Assembly (NCBI GenBank): GCA_963826785.1 | Contig: CAWGYD010000003.1 | Coordinates: 288,001 to 352,000 of the forward strand | From: an uncultured delta proteobacterium | GTDB taxonomy: Bacteria > Desulfobacterota > Desulfobacteria > Desulfobacterales > Desulfosalsimonadaceae | Direction: 5' to 3' | DNA: 64,000 nucleotides | Part shown: one piece after another, positions 30,602-40,923 of the stretch | Numbering within the stretch: the first letter of the stretch is position 1 | How the letters are laid out: every line of letters starts with the position of its first letter | Translations under genes and position numbers: made by a program | Notes under the pieces: generated by a model | Told to the model about the DNA's origin: nothing | Seen by the model: only the letters and a program-made list of their open reading frames with translations | Databases searched by the model: none

Positions 30602-31464
30602 GCGACACGACAATATTTGACAACCCGGTGGAAAACCAGTGGTGCCCGGGCTGCCGCAACTTCGGCATCCTTCAGGCGGTCGAAAAAGGCGCTGGCGGAA
30701 CTGGGCAAGGCGACCCCGCATGAGGTCTGCCTGGTCTCCGGCATCGGCCAGGCCGCCAAGCTGCCCCATTATCTCAACTGCAATTTCTTCAACGGGCTGC
30801 ACGGCCGGGCCCTGCCCGTGGCCACCGGCATCAAGCTGGCCAACCACGAGCTCACGTCATCGTCACCACGGCGACGGGGACTGCTACGGCGAGGGGGGAA
30901 ACCATTTCCTCCATGCCGTCCGGCGAAACACCGACATCACGGTCTTCGTCCACAACAACGAACTCTACGCCCTCACCAAGGGGCAGGCCTCCCCCACCAC
31001 TCTGCCCGGGGAAAAGCGGACCCTGCAGATCAAGGGGGTGGAAAAGCGGGCGGCCAACATGCCGGCCGCGGCCCTGGTCAACGGCTGCACCTTCCTGGCC
31101 GGGGTTTGCCGGCGACATTGAGCATTTAAAAGACCTGATCGTCGCGGCGGTCAAACACAAGGGGTTCTCCTGCATCGACGTGGTGCAGCCCTGCATCACC
31201 TGGGGCACCCGGAAGGTGGGCTGGTACCGTGACCGGGTGTACAAGCTGGGAGATGACTACGATTCCGGCAGCCTGCAGGCGGCCCTGGAAAAAACCACCG
31301 AGTGGGGCGAAAAAATCCCCATCGGCATCCTCTACCAGGCAAAGCCTGCCGCCGTGTTCGGCCAGCGCTTCCGAAAAAGCGTCGAAAGCGCCCCCCTGCC
31401 GGAAATCCCGCCCCCAAAACCGGATATGATCGAGGCGGCTCTGGAAGGCTATTACGCCAAATAA
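30598..31464 (+). CDS. 2-oxoacid:ferredoxin oxidoreductase beta subunit; several frameshifts
   Basis: [38 protein letters not shown] spread over three frames. Confidence 0.9.
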
Positions 31465-31481
31465 GCGGAAGACGGTTTTAA

Positions 31482-31568
31482 AGTCCCCCTTTTAAAAAGG
31501 GGGATTTAGGGGGATTTGGTGCGGAACCGAAGAAATCCCCCCCGGCCCCCCTTTGAAAAAGGGGGGAG
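31482..31568. repeat. Inverted pair of a variant palindrome (CCCCCTTTT/GAAAAAGGGGG)
   Basis: GTCCCCCTTTTAAAAAGGGGGATTTAGGGGGATT facing AATCCCCCCCGGCCCCCCTTTGAAAAAGGGGGGAG. Confidence 0.75.
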
Positions 31569-31652
31569 AAAAACAGTTAGTGAAGCATTGCAGACAATCA
31601 GAAAAGAATTTTTTTATTGGCGGCTTTGCCAAAAACAAATTCCCCCCTCGAG

Positions 31653-32129
31653 GGCATAGGCGCTAACTTAATGACCGATGCAATATCTTCTAATTTGTCG
31701 TTCCTCTTAAGAGCGTCATTCCGGCAGTCTTTAAGCCGGAATCCAGGAAGACGAAATGAACAGGCAACCAGCGGTATACATTCTTGCAAATAAAAGAAAC
31801 GGCACCCTTTATATCGGTGTGACCTCCGACCTCATCAAGCGAGTTTGGGAACATAGAAACAATTTCGTGGAAGGGTTCACCAAAAAGTATGGAGTCCATT
31901 TTTTGGTTTGGTATGAGCTTCATGGAAGTATAGAATCTGCTATCCAGCGAGAGAAACGATTGAAAGACTGGAAACGAAAGTGGAAAATGCATTTGATTGA
32001 GAGAACGAATCCCGATTGGGAGGATTTGTATCCCGCAATCATTTAGATGGATTCCGGCTAAAAGACTGCCGGAATGACATAAAGGATGATTACGGGGGGG
32101 ATACTATGCGTTAAGTTAGCGCTTATGCC
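31653..32129 (+). mobile_element. TIR-bounded, transposase-free cassette carrying a GIY-YIG nuclease
   Basis: TIRs GGCATAGGCGCTAACTTAA / TTAAGTTAGCGCTTATGCC; inner inverted hairpins at 31714-31745 and 32048-32078; flanks CCTCGAG and CCTTGAG. Confidence 0.88.
31756..32046 (+). CDS. GIY-YIG nuclease family protein (96 aa)
   Basis: VYILAN...LYIGVTSDLIKRVWEH...AIQREKRLK...NPDW; AT-rich compared with neighbours. Confidence 0.93.
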   Translation: MNRQPAVYILANKRNGTLYIGVTSDLIKRVWEHRNNFVEGFTKKYGVHFLVWYELHGSIESAIQREKRLKDWKRKWKMHLIERTNPDWEDLYPAII

Positions 32130-32390
32130 CCTTGAGGGGGGTCAGGGGGGTGTTCGCCCCCGGCCATTTCCAACCCGTCGGAACAATTTATTCCAAAACA
32201 GAAAAGCCCATCGGCTTTTTTAACAGTGTCCATCCACGAATGAGATAATTTGTTCAAGTTCAAGGAAGGCGAAAATTTTAACCGCAGGAATACTCAAGGT
32301 ATTTTGAGGATTAAAATTTGAGCCTGACGCAGAAATTGGGCAAATTAGCCATTTGTGGATGGACACTAACCAAGATGAAAGGAGAACGAC

Positions 32391-32900
32391 ATGAGCAAGA
32401 TCGCAGCCCTGGTAACCCACTATTTTGAAGATGTGGAATATACACAGCCCGCAAAGGCATTTACGGATGCGGGGCATGAAATCGTCAACGTGGGACTTAC
32501 CGCCGGAGAGACGGTGGAGGGGAAAAAGGAGCACACCCCGGTCAAAATCGACAAGGCGGTTTCCGACGTGACCGCCTCCGATTTCGACGCGCTGTTCATT
32601 CCCGGCGGCTTTTCCCCGGACCAGTTGCGGGCCCATGACGCACCGGTCAATTTCGTTTCGGCCTTCATGGATACCGGCAAGCCGGTGTTTGCCATCTGTC
32701 ACGGCCCCCAGCTCCTGATTACGGCCAACAAGCTCAAGGGCCGCACCGCCACCGGATACAAGTCCATCGCCCAGGACATCAAGAATGCCGGGGCCAATTT
32801 CAAGGACCAGGAAGTGGTCATCGACGATAAGCTGGTGACCAGCCGCAACCCCAATGACATTCCGGCGTTTATCAAGCAATCCTTGAACATGCTCTCCTGA
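32391..32900 (+). CDS. PfpI/DJ-1 family general stress protein (YhbO-like)
   Basis: FEDVEY, IPGGFSPDQLR, AICHGP, LVTSRNPND. Confidence 0.93.
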   Translation: MSKIAALVTHYFEDVEYTQPAKAFTDAGHEIVNVGLTAGETVEGKKEHTPVKIDKAVSDVTASDFDALFIPGGFSPDQLRAHDAPVNFVSAFMDTGKPVFAICHGPQLLITANKLKGRTATGYKSIAQDIKNAGANFKDQEVVIDDKLVTSRNPNDIPAFIKQSLNMLS

Positions 32901-32903
32901 TCC

Positions 32904-35553
32904 ATGGGGATAGCCGAATACCGAAAGAAACGGGATTTTGAAAAAACCCCGGAACCCGAAGGAGAGATCCGTCCCCCGGGTTCCGGGCGGCTCTATGTGA
33001 TCCAGAAGCATGCCGCCACCCGCCTGCATTACGACCTGCGCCTGGAGCTCAACGGATATCTCAAAAGCTGGGCGGTTCCCAGGGGGCCCAGCTTCGACAC
33101 CCGGGAAAAGCGGCTGGCCGTCCACGTGGAGGACCATCCCGTGGCCTACGGCACCTTCGAAGGGATCATCCCCAGGGGCGAATACGGCGGCGGCACCGTG
33201 ATGCTCTGGGACCGGGGAGAATGGGAGCCCCAGCATGATGCCGAAAAGGACTATGAAAAGGGCCATCTCAAGTTCATCCTGTATGGGGAAAAGCTCAAGG
33301 GCCGCTGGGCGCTCATCCGGATGGGGGGCAGCGGCAACGAAGAGGGGAAAAACTGGCTGCTGATCAAGGAAAAGGATGAATTTGCCGCCGCCGGAAATGA
33401 CGGCGGTCTTTCTCCGGCAGAAGACGACCGAAGCGTGCTGACGGACCGTTCCATGGAGGAAATCCGGAAAGCCGGGGATGCGGTGTGGCAAAACGGAGCG
33501 GTCACGGCCGCCCCCGATGCGCAGGAAGCCAAAACCCCGTCCGAAAATCAGCCCCGCGCCTCCGGAATTGAACCGGACATCGATCCGGGCGGCCTCGCCC
33601 ATGCCGAAAAGTCCGATATGCCCACCGATCTTCGCCCCCAGCTGGCGACCCTGGTGGACCGGGTGCCGGAAGGGGGCCAGTGGGTGCACGAAATCAAGTA
33701 CGACGGCTACCGCCTCCTGGCATACAAGGACGGCGATGCCATACGGCTGCGCACCCGCCGGGGAAATGACTGGACCGACCGGTTTGCCAAGATCGCCGCC
33801 GATCTGGCGTCATTTCCCGCCGGCTCCGCCATTTTAGACGGCGAAGCCGTGGTCCAGCGGCCCGACGGCACCACCGATTTCCAGGCCCTGCAGAACCTGC
33901 TCCAGGGCATCGAATCGGGCCGGCTGATCTACTATCTCTTCGATATTCTCTACTGCGACGGATACGATCTCACCGCCGCCCCCCTTATCGCGCGCAAGAA
34001 CCTGCTGGCCCACCTGTCGGGAAAAGTCGACCCGCAAAAATCCTGCCTGCGCTACAGCGATCATGCCCGGGGGCAGGGCCAGTCCATCTATCGGCATGCC
34101 TGCGCCCTGGCCCTGGAAGGGATCATCTCCAAGCACGAAAACAGCACGTATCAGCAGAAACGCGTCCGCAGCTGGCTCAAGGTAAAATGCCAGCACCGGC
34201 AGGAGTTCGTCATCGGCGGGTACACCGATCCTTCCGGGTCCCGCACCGGGTTCGGGGCGCTTTTGCTGGGATACTATGATGAGGCCGACCGGCTGCGGTT
34301 CTGCGGCAAGGTGGGCACCGGGTTCAACGAACGGCAGCTTGACCGGCTCAAAACGGAAATGGAGCGCTATGACGGCGCCGGCGCCGCCCTTTGCGAACCC
34401 GCCGGCCGGCCGGGAGGCCAAAGGCGTGCACTGGGTGCAACCGGAACTGGTGGCCGAAATCGAATTTGCGGAATGGACCCGGGAGGATATTCTGCGGGCA
34501 CCGTCTTTCAAGGGGCTGAGGGAAGACAAATCCGCCCGGGAGGTCCGCCGGGAGACCGGGCTGGTAAAAGACGCGCCGGAAAAACAACCGGATTTAGATA
34601 AATCCCCAAAGGAGACCGTCATGGAAAGCAGCCCAGGACAGGCCGGCGGCGACCGGGTTTCCGGCGTGCGCCTGACCCATCCGGACCGGGTGCTCTACCC
34701 CGAGCAGGGGGTGACCAAGCTGGCCCTGGCCCGATATTACGAAAAAATAGCCGCATACATGATCCCGCACATCAAGGGCCGCCCCCTGACCCTGGTCCGC
34801 TGCCCCCGGGGAAGGGAAAAAGAATGCTTCTACCAGAAGCATTTCACCGAGGCCATGCCCGAACACCTCCGGGGAGTGGAAATCGCGGAAAAAAAAGGGG
34901 TCGACACCTATGTGGTGGCAGACGACGTCCGGGGGCTGATCAGCCTGGTCCAGATGGGGGTGCTGGAAATCCACCTGTGGAACTGCCGGGAAGACAAGAT
35001 CGAACGGCCGGATCTGATGATCATGGACCTGGACCCGGGACCGGATGTGACAATGGAGGCCGTCATCGAAGCCACCCTGATGATGCACGACCTGCTCGGT
35101 GAGATCGGGCTTCAAAGCTTTGTCAAGACCTCCGGCGGCAAGGGGTTTCACGTGGTGGTCCCCCTGGTGCGCCGGACCGGCTGGGATGAGCTCAAAGCAT
35201 TTTCCCGGGCCGTGGCCGAAACTCAGGTGAAGCGCCACCCGGACAAATTTGTGGCCACCATGACCAAAAGCCGGCGCCACGGCAAAATCTTCATCGATTT
35301 CTTCCGAAACGGCCGGGGGGCCACCAGCGTGGCCCCCTATTCCACCCGGGCCCGGCCCGGCGCGCCGGTGTCGGCCCCTTTGCGCTGGGATGAACTGACC
35401 GCAGACCTCAAACCCGATGCCTACCGGACCGACAACCTGATCCACCGGATGGCGGCCCTGACGGAAGACCCCTGGAACGATTTTTTTGCCCCCTCCCAGT
35501 CGATCACCCGGAAAATGAAGCAGGCGGTGGGGATGAAAGATGTCCGGAGCTGA
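32904..35553 (+). CDS. ligD: DNA ligase D (phosphoesterase-ligase-polymerase); frameshift near 34375
   Basis: KRDFEKTPEP, HYDLRLE, EIKYDGYR, WLKVK, LTHPDRVLYP, DLDP, KTSGGKG. Confidence 0.95.
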
Positions 35554-35605
35554 AGGGGACAGGTTATCGTGCACGTGTATGTTTACGTACGGCCATCGCC
35601 GGTAC

Positions 35606-35938
35606 GACACCCCCCTGGCCCCCCTCGAGGGGGGAATCTTTTTATTTAAGGGAGGACCCTGTTGGCTCCGGGGGAGCCCGCTTTACTTCCAGGGAACTTA
35701 ACTCGGTAAAGCGTTTTTCACCCGTTTAGCTTTTGATTTCACACCGGTCCGACACCCCCCTGCCCCCCTCGAGGGGGGAATCTTATTTGACCGTTACTCC
35801 AAGGGCCCCTTTACTCCCCCTTGAGGGAGGTATCACTCTTTACTTCCCCCCTTGAGGGGGGAATTTGACCAAGGCCTAATCCCCCCTTGAGGGGGTCTCC
35901 TCTTTCTTCCCCCCTTGAGGGGGGCCAGGGGGGTGTCC
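35606..35938. repeat. C6-TYRA-G6 palindrome cluster
   Basis: Two forward and four reverse units. Confidence 0.85.
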
Positions 35939-36057
35939 CGACGGAGGCCTTACGATTCAAAAGCTCCTTGCTGCAAAAACACCGCGCAGCGGGGTGCGAC
36001 GCCTTTTACAAATCCATCAGGACTTACCGGCCGACAATCTGGCAGGAGAATTGAACC

Positions 36058-37107
36058 ATGCCCGACACATCGGAAAATTACATGGATTTTGCCCGCAAAG
36101 TGCTGATCGCCGCAGGCATCCTGGTGCTGGTGGGGTTTGCGGTCATTTTTTTCTGGTTTACCATCCAGATCATTCTTCTGCTGTTCGGCGGCATTCTTCT
36201 GGCCATCTTCATCCGGGGGATCAGCAACTGGATCACCCGCAAGACCTCCCTTCCCGTCAAAGCGTCCGTCAGCCTGGTGCTGATCGTGATCACGCTGATG
36301 ATGCTCATTTTCACCACCCTTTTCGGCATGCGCATCTACAACGAAGGGCTTCGGCTGGTCCACCAGGTGCCCGGCTCCATGGACCGGCTGGAAAGCATGC
36401 TCCGGGAAAACCAGGCCGGCCGGATCATCCTGGATGAAATCCCCGATTACCGCAATTTTCTCCGCCCCGTGTGGAACAAGGTTTCCAATTTCTTTTTCAC
36501 CATGAGCGGGTTTCTGTTCAGCATGGTCTTCATCGCGTTTCTGGGGATATATTTGGCCTTTGATCCGGGCCTGTACGTGGAAGGGGCGCTCCGGCTGATT
36601 CCGGCGCGCCGGCGGGACCACATCCGCGAGGTGCTGCAGACCGTCGGCTACATTCTCCACTGGTGGCTGGTGGGGCGCCTCTTCACCATGGCGGTGGTCG
36701 GCGGGCTGACCATCATCGGCCTGTTCATCATCGGCATTCCCCTTGCCCTCACCCTGGGGGTGTTCGCCGGGATCATCTCCTTTGTCCCCTACATCGGACC
36801 GCTGGTTTCATTTGTCCCGCCGGCCCTGCTGGCGCTGTCCATGGGATGGAACCAGGTCCTCTATGTGCTCATCGTCTACACGGTGATTCAGACCCTTGAA
36901 AGCTACATCCTCACCCCCCTGATCATCCAGCGCACCGTCCTGGTCCCGCCCCTGATCACGCTCACCGCCCAGGTGGTATTCGGCATGGCCGCCGGCATCG
37001 TGGGCATCGTGTTTGCCCTGCCGGTCATGGCCGCGCTCATCGTAATGGTCAAATACTTCTACATCCAGGATTTTCTGGGAGAAGAAATCGACGCGGAGGG
37101 GACGTAG
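36058..37107 (+). CDS. AI-2E family transporter
   Basis: FVPYIGP, QTLESYILTPLI, GIVFALP. Confidence 0.9.
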   Translation: MPDTSENYMDFARKVLIAAGILVLVGFAVIFFWFTIQIILLLFGGILLAIFIRGISNWITRKTSLPVKASVSLVLIVITLMMLIFTTLFGMRIYNEGLRLVHQVPGSMDRLESMLRENQAGRIILDEIPDYRNFLRPVWNKVSNFFFTMSGFLFSMVFIAFLGIYLAFDPGLYVEGALRLIPARRRDHIREVLQTVGYILHWWLVGRLFTMAVVGGLTIIGLFIIGIPLALTLGVFAGIISFVPYIGPLVSFVPPALLALSMGWNQVLYVLIVYTVIQTLESYILTPLIIQRTVLVPPLITLTAQVVFGMAAGIVGIVFALPVMAALIVMVKYFYIQDFLGEEIDAEGT

Positions 37108-37122
37108 GCGGGGAGGACGCCC

Positions 37123-37276
37123 GACACCCCCCTTCGCCCCCCTCAAGGGGGGATTTGGTTAAGGTAAAGGCCCCCTTTTTGTTCAATTCCCCCTTGAGGC
37201 CCCCTTTTTTTCAATTCCCCCTTGAGGCCCCCTTTTTTTCAATTCCCCCCTTGAGGGGGGCGAAGGGGGGTGTCCC
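37123..37276. repeat. Inverted palindrome pair with internal ~28-bp tandem units
   Basis: GGCCCCCTTTTTTTCAATTCCCCCTTGA repeated three times. Confidence 0.8.
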
Positions 37277-37433
37277 CCCATCCGGTATTCGATCCCCCCC
37301 GAAATACAGCTTGGATATCCGCCAAATAAACGATTCATCCCATTTCCGCACACCCGGCCCCGGGTTAAGCTTTTTTAAATTTCCGATACTTAAAATAAAA
37401 CTGAATTTTTTGCATATACAGGAGGATATTCAT

Positions 37434-38648
37434 ATGAAAGCGGTCGTATTCCGAGGGATCGGTGACATCCGGCTGGAAGATGTGGAAGAACCCCAGATCA
37501 AGGAACCCACGGATGCCGTGGTGCGGCTTACCGCCAGCGCCATCTGCGGAACGGACCTGCACATGGTGCGGGGCACCATGACCGGGATGGTGCCGGGCAC
37601 CATTTTAGGCCATGAAGGCGTGGGCATCGTGGAAAAAGTGGGATCCCAGGTGCGCAACATCAGGGAGGGCGACCGGGTGGTGATTCCCTCCACCATCGCC
37701 TGCGGATACTGCTCCTATTGCCGCTCCGGCTATTACGCCCAGTGCGACAACGCCAATCCAAACGGCAAGCGGGCCGGCACCGCCTTTTTCGGCGGCCCCA
37801 AGTCCACAGGCCCTTTTCACGGCCTCCAGGCGGAAAAGGCGCGCATCCCCTTTGCCAACGTGGGGCTGGTGAAGCTTCCCGACGAAGTCACCGATGATCA
37901 GGCGATTTTGATTTCCGATATTTTCCCCACCGGCTATTTCGGCGCGGACATCGCGGACATCTCGTCGGGCGACACCGTGGCCGTGTTCGGGTGCGGCCCC
38001 GTGGGGCTGTTTGCCATCGCCAGCGCCAGGATGTTCGACCCGGGGCGCATCCTGGCGGTGGACCGGCACCCCACCCGACTGGAGGCAGCGCAGAGGCTGG
38101 GGGCGGAAATCATCAATTTCAATGAAGAAGACCCCGTCCAGACCATCCTTGAACTCACCGGCGGCATCGGCGTGGACCGGGTCATCGATGCGGTGGGCAT
38201 CGAGGCGGAAAGCCCCGAAAGCGGCCCGGCGGCCGAAAAAGCCCGGCAGAAGCAGGAGGCATACCGCCAGGAAATGAAAGAAGTGGCGCCGGAAACCCAT
38301 CCGGAAGGGGGTGCCTGGAAACCGGGAGGCGCGCCCACCCAGGCCCTTTCCTGGGAGATCGAGAGCGTGGCCAAGGCCGGGACCGTCTCGGTGATCGGGG
38401 TCTACCCGCCCACCCTGAAGCATTTCCCCTTCGGCCAGGCCATGATGAAGAACCTGACCTTCAACATGGGCAACTGCAACCATCGCAGATACATCCCCCA
38501 GCTGGTGGAGCTCACCGCCGGCGGCGCCGTCGACCCGGCAGGGATCCTCACCCAGGTGGAACCCATGTCATCGATCATCGAGGCCTACATGACGTTTGAC
38601 AAGCGCGAACCCAACTGGATCAAGGTGGAAATCGTACCCGGAATGTAA
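37434..38648 (+). CDS. Zn-dependent alcohol dehydrogenase (formaldehyde dehydrogenase-like)
   Basis: CGTDLH, GHEGVG, CGYCSYC...C, SDIFPTG, GCGPVG. Confidence 0.92.
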   Translation: MKAVVFRGIGDIRLEDVEEPQIKEPTDAVVRLTASAICGTDLHMVRGTMTGMVPGTILGHEGVGIVEKVGSQVRNIREGDRVVIPSTIACGYCSYCRSGYYAQCDNANPNGKRAGTAFFGGPKSTGPFHGLQAEKARIPFANVGLVKLPDEVTDDQAILISDIFPTGYFGADIADISSGDTVAVFGCGPVGLFAIASARMFDPGRILAVDRHPTRLEAAQRLGAEIINFNEEDPVQTILELTGGIGVDRVIDAVGIEAESPESGPAAEKARQKQEAYRQEMKEVAPETHPEGGAWKPGGAPTQALSWEIESVAKAGTVSVIGVYPPTLKHFPFGQAMMKNLTFNMGNCNHRRYIPQLVELTAGGAVDPAGILTQVEPMSSIIEAYMTFDKREPNWIKVEIVPGM

Positions 38649-38695
38649 TCTCCCGTCGGCCCGCGAAGGGGGGAACCGAACGCCCAAGGGGATAT

Positions 38696-38746
38696 TGGAA
38701 TGATGGAATGATGGGATGATGGGATGATGGGATGGGGGGATGGGGG
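38696..38746 (+). repeat. G-rich GGAATGAT/GGGATGAT octamer tandem repeat
   Basis: TGGAATGATGGAATGATGGGATGATGGGATGATGGGATGGGGGGATGGGGG. Confidence 0.8.
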
Positions 38747-38998
38747 CCGGTTCCGGGAGGAATTCAACCGCCTGTGCGGGCAGCTGGGGGTATGAGAACC
38801 GTCGTGAATAACACCCCGAAGAACACCCCCCCTGCCCCCCCTCAAGGGGGGAATTTGGGAGGGGGTCCTCGGGGGGGGGATTTGGTATGGTTAAGGCCCC
38901 CTGTGTTCGGCTTGCACAAGGGGACCCTCCCTCAGACGGTGAATGAAAGGGCCGGCCCCCGATATTCATCCCCCCCCAACACTAATCCCCCCTTGAGG

Positions 38999-39248
38999 GG
39001 CATAGGCGCTAACTTAATGACCGATGCAATATCTTCTAATTTGTCGTTCCTCTTAAGAGCGTCATTCCGGCAGTCTTTAAGCCGGAATCCAGGAAGACGA
39101 AATGAACAGGCAACCAGCGGTATACATTCTTGCAAATAAAAGAAACGGCCCCCTTTGCTATTCATTGGATTCCGGCTAAAAGACTGCCGGAATGACATAA
39201 AGGATGATTACGAGGGGGATACTATGCGTTAAGTTCAGCGCTTATGCC
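38999..39248 (+). mobile_element. MITE: internal-deletion derivative of the GIY-YIG cassette
   Basis: Same TIRs and inner hairpins as 31653..32129; keeps only the first ~18 codons of the nuclease; direct repeat CTTGAGG on both sides. Confidence 0.9.
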
Positions 39249-39361
39249 CTTGAGGGGGGCCAGGGGGGTGTTCCCCTCGAGGGAGGCCAGAGGACTGTTC
39301 CCCTCGATGGGCCAGGGGGGATGTCAAAAATCAACTCCAAACGCAAACGGGGAGAACAAAC

Positions 39362-40900
39362 ATGGAAACGCCATACAGATTCGACCGCTCGGTGCTGCCG
39401 GGCAAGCCAGAAGCCCTGTGGATCGGCACTACTCCGCGATCCGGGTATCCGCCCCAGCCTGCCGGGGAAACCGTCGTGGACGTGGCCGTGGTGGGCGGCG
39501 GCATCGTGGGGCTGACCGCGGCCTTTTTGCTGAAGCAGTCCGGCGCCACCGTGGCCCTGATCGAAGCCAACCGGATCGGAGAAGGGGTCAGCGGCCATAC
39601 CACCGCCAAGGTGACGTCGGCCCACGGCCTGATCTACAAGCACCTCATGGACTATTTCAACGCGGAAAAGGCGCGCCAGTACGCGGACGCCAACCAGGCC
39701 GCCATCGAATTCATCTCCGAATTCATCTCCGAAAACCAGCTGTCCTGCGATTTCAACCGCACCTTTGCCTGCACCTATGCGGTGGACGATGCGGACGTAA
39801 AGCACATCGAGGCGGAGGTTTCCGCGGCCGGTGAACTGGGCCTGCCGGTGTTCTACTCGGATGACCTGCCGCTCCCGTTTCCGGTCAAGGGCGCCATCTG
39901 CTACGAGAACCAGGCCTGTTTTCATCCCCGCAAATACCTGCTGGCCATGACCGAGCAGATCGCAGGAGAAAAAAGCTTCCTTTTTGAAAAGACCCGGGTG
40001 ATCGACATCGAGGAGGGCAGTCCCTGCAGGGTGACCACCGATATGGGGACGGTGCTGGCCGACCGGGTGATCTGCGCCACCAACTTTCCCATCCTCAACC
40101 GGGGCCTGTTTTTCGCCAAGATGGTGCCCCGGCGCTCCTATCTGATGGCGGTCAAAGCCGTGGGGGAGCTGCCCGAGGGCATGTACTACAGCACGGAAAC
40201 GCCGTTTCACACGTTTCGGCGCCACACCAGTGACGACGGTGAAACCGTGCTCATCGTGGGGGGCGAACACCACGAAACCGGCCATGAAAGCAACACCATC
40301 GAGCGGTACCGGCAGGTGGAGGCCTTTGCCCGCAGGCACTTCAACATCGCATCGGTCCTGTACCGGTGGTCGGCCCAGGACAACCGGCCCGTGGACCGGG
40401 TCCCCTTCATCGGCCGGCATTCCCTTCGGTCCCACCGGCTCTTCGTGGCCACGGGGCTCCAGGGATGGGGGATGACCAACGGCACGGCCGCGGCCATGAT
40501 CCTGTCCGACATGCTGGCGGGGCGGGCCAATCCCTGGAGCGCGGTATACGACCCCAACCGCATCGCCTCCTTCGTCTCCCGCAAATTCATCTCCAGAAAC
40601 ATCCATGTGGCCAAGATGTTCATGCAGGATTACGTGCTGGGCGACAAGGGCAAGACCCTGTCCGACATCGCCCGGGGCGAGGGGGGGATCATCGACCACG
40701 AGGGAAAGGAAGTGGCCGCCTACAAGGACGGGGACGGAAAGATGCACATGCTCTCCCCGGTCTGCACCCACATGATGTGCAAGGTCAAGTTCAACAACGC
40801 CGAGCTGAGCTGGGACTGCCCCTGCCACGGCTCCCGGTTCGACGTGAATGGAAAGGTCATCCACGCCCCGGCGGTAAAAGACCTGGACCGGGAGATATGA
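39362..40900 (+). CDS. FAD-dependent oxidoreductase with C-terminal Rieske domain (YhfW-like)
   Basis: VVGGGIVG, SGHTTAK, WSAQD, CTH...WDCPCHGSRF. Confidence 0.92.
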   Translation: METPYRFDRSVLPGKPEALWIGTTPRSGYPPQPAGETVVDVAVVGGGIVGLTAAFLLKQSGATVALIEANRIGEGVSGHTTAKVTSAHGLIYKHLMDYFNAEKARQYADANQAAIEFISEFISENQLSCDFNRTFACTYAVDDADVKHIEAEVSAAGELGLPVFYSDDLPLPFPVKGAICYENQACFHPRKYLLAMTEQIAGEKSFLFEKTRVIDIEEGSPCRVTTDMGTVLADRVICATNFPILNRGLFFAKMVPRRSYLMAVKAVGELPEGMYYSTETPFHTFRRHTSDDGETVLIVGGEHHETGHESNTIERYRQVEAFARRHFNIASVLYRWSAQDNRPVDRVPFIGRHSLRSHRLFVATGLQGWGMTNGTAAAMILSDMLAGRANPWSAVYDPNRIASFVSRKFISRNIHVAKMFMQDYVLGDKGKTLSDIARGEGGIIDHEGKEVAAYKDGDGKMHMLSPVCTHMMCKVKFNNAELSWDCPCHGSRFDVNGKVIHAPAVKDLDREI

Positions 40901-40923
40901 ATTGGAGCGGAGGTGGAGAAATC

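Noticed and set aside
31598..31789. Repeated small ORF MQECIPLVACSFRLPG (also 38932..39198 and the start of 45345..46523)
   Set aside because: Antisense reading of the GIY-YIG cassette and its derivatives.
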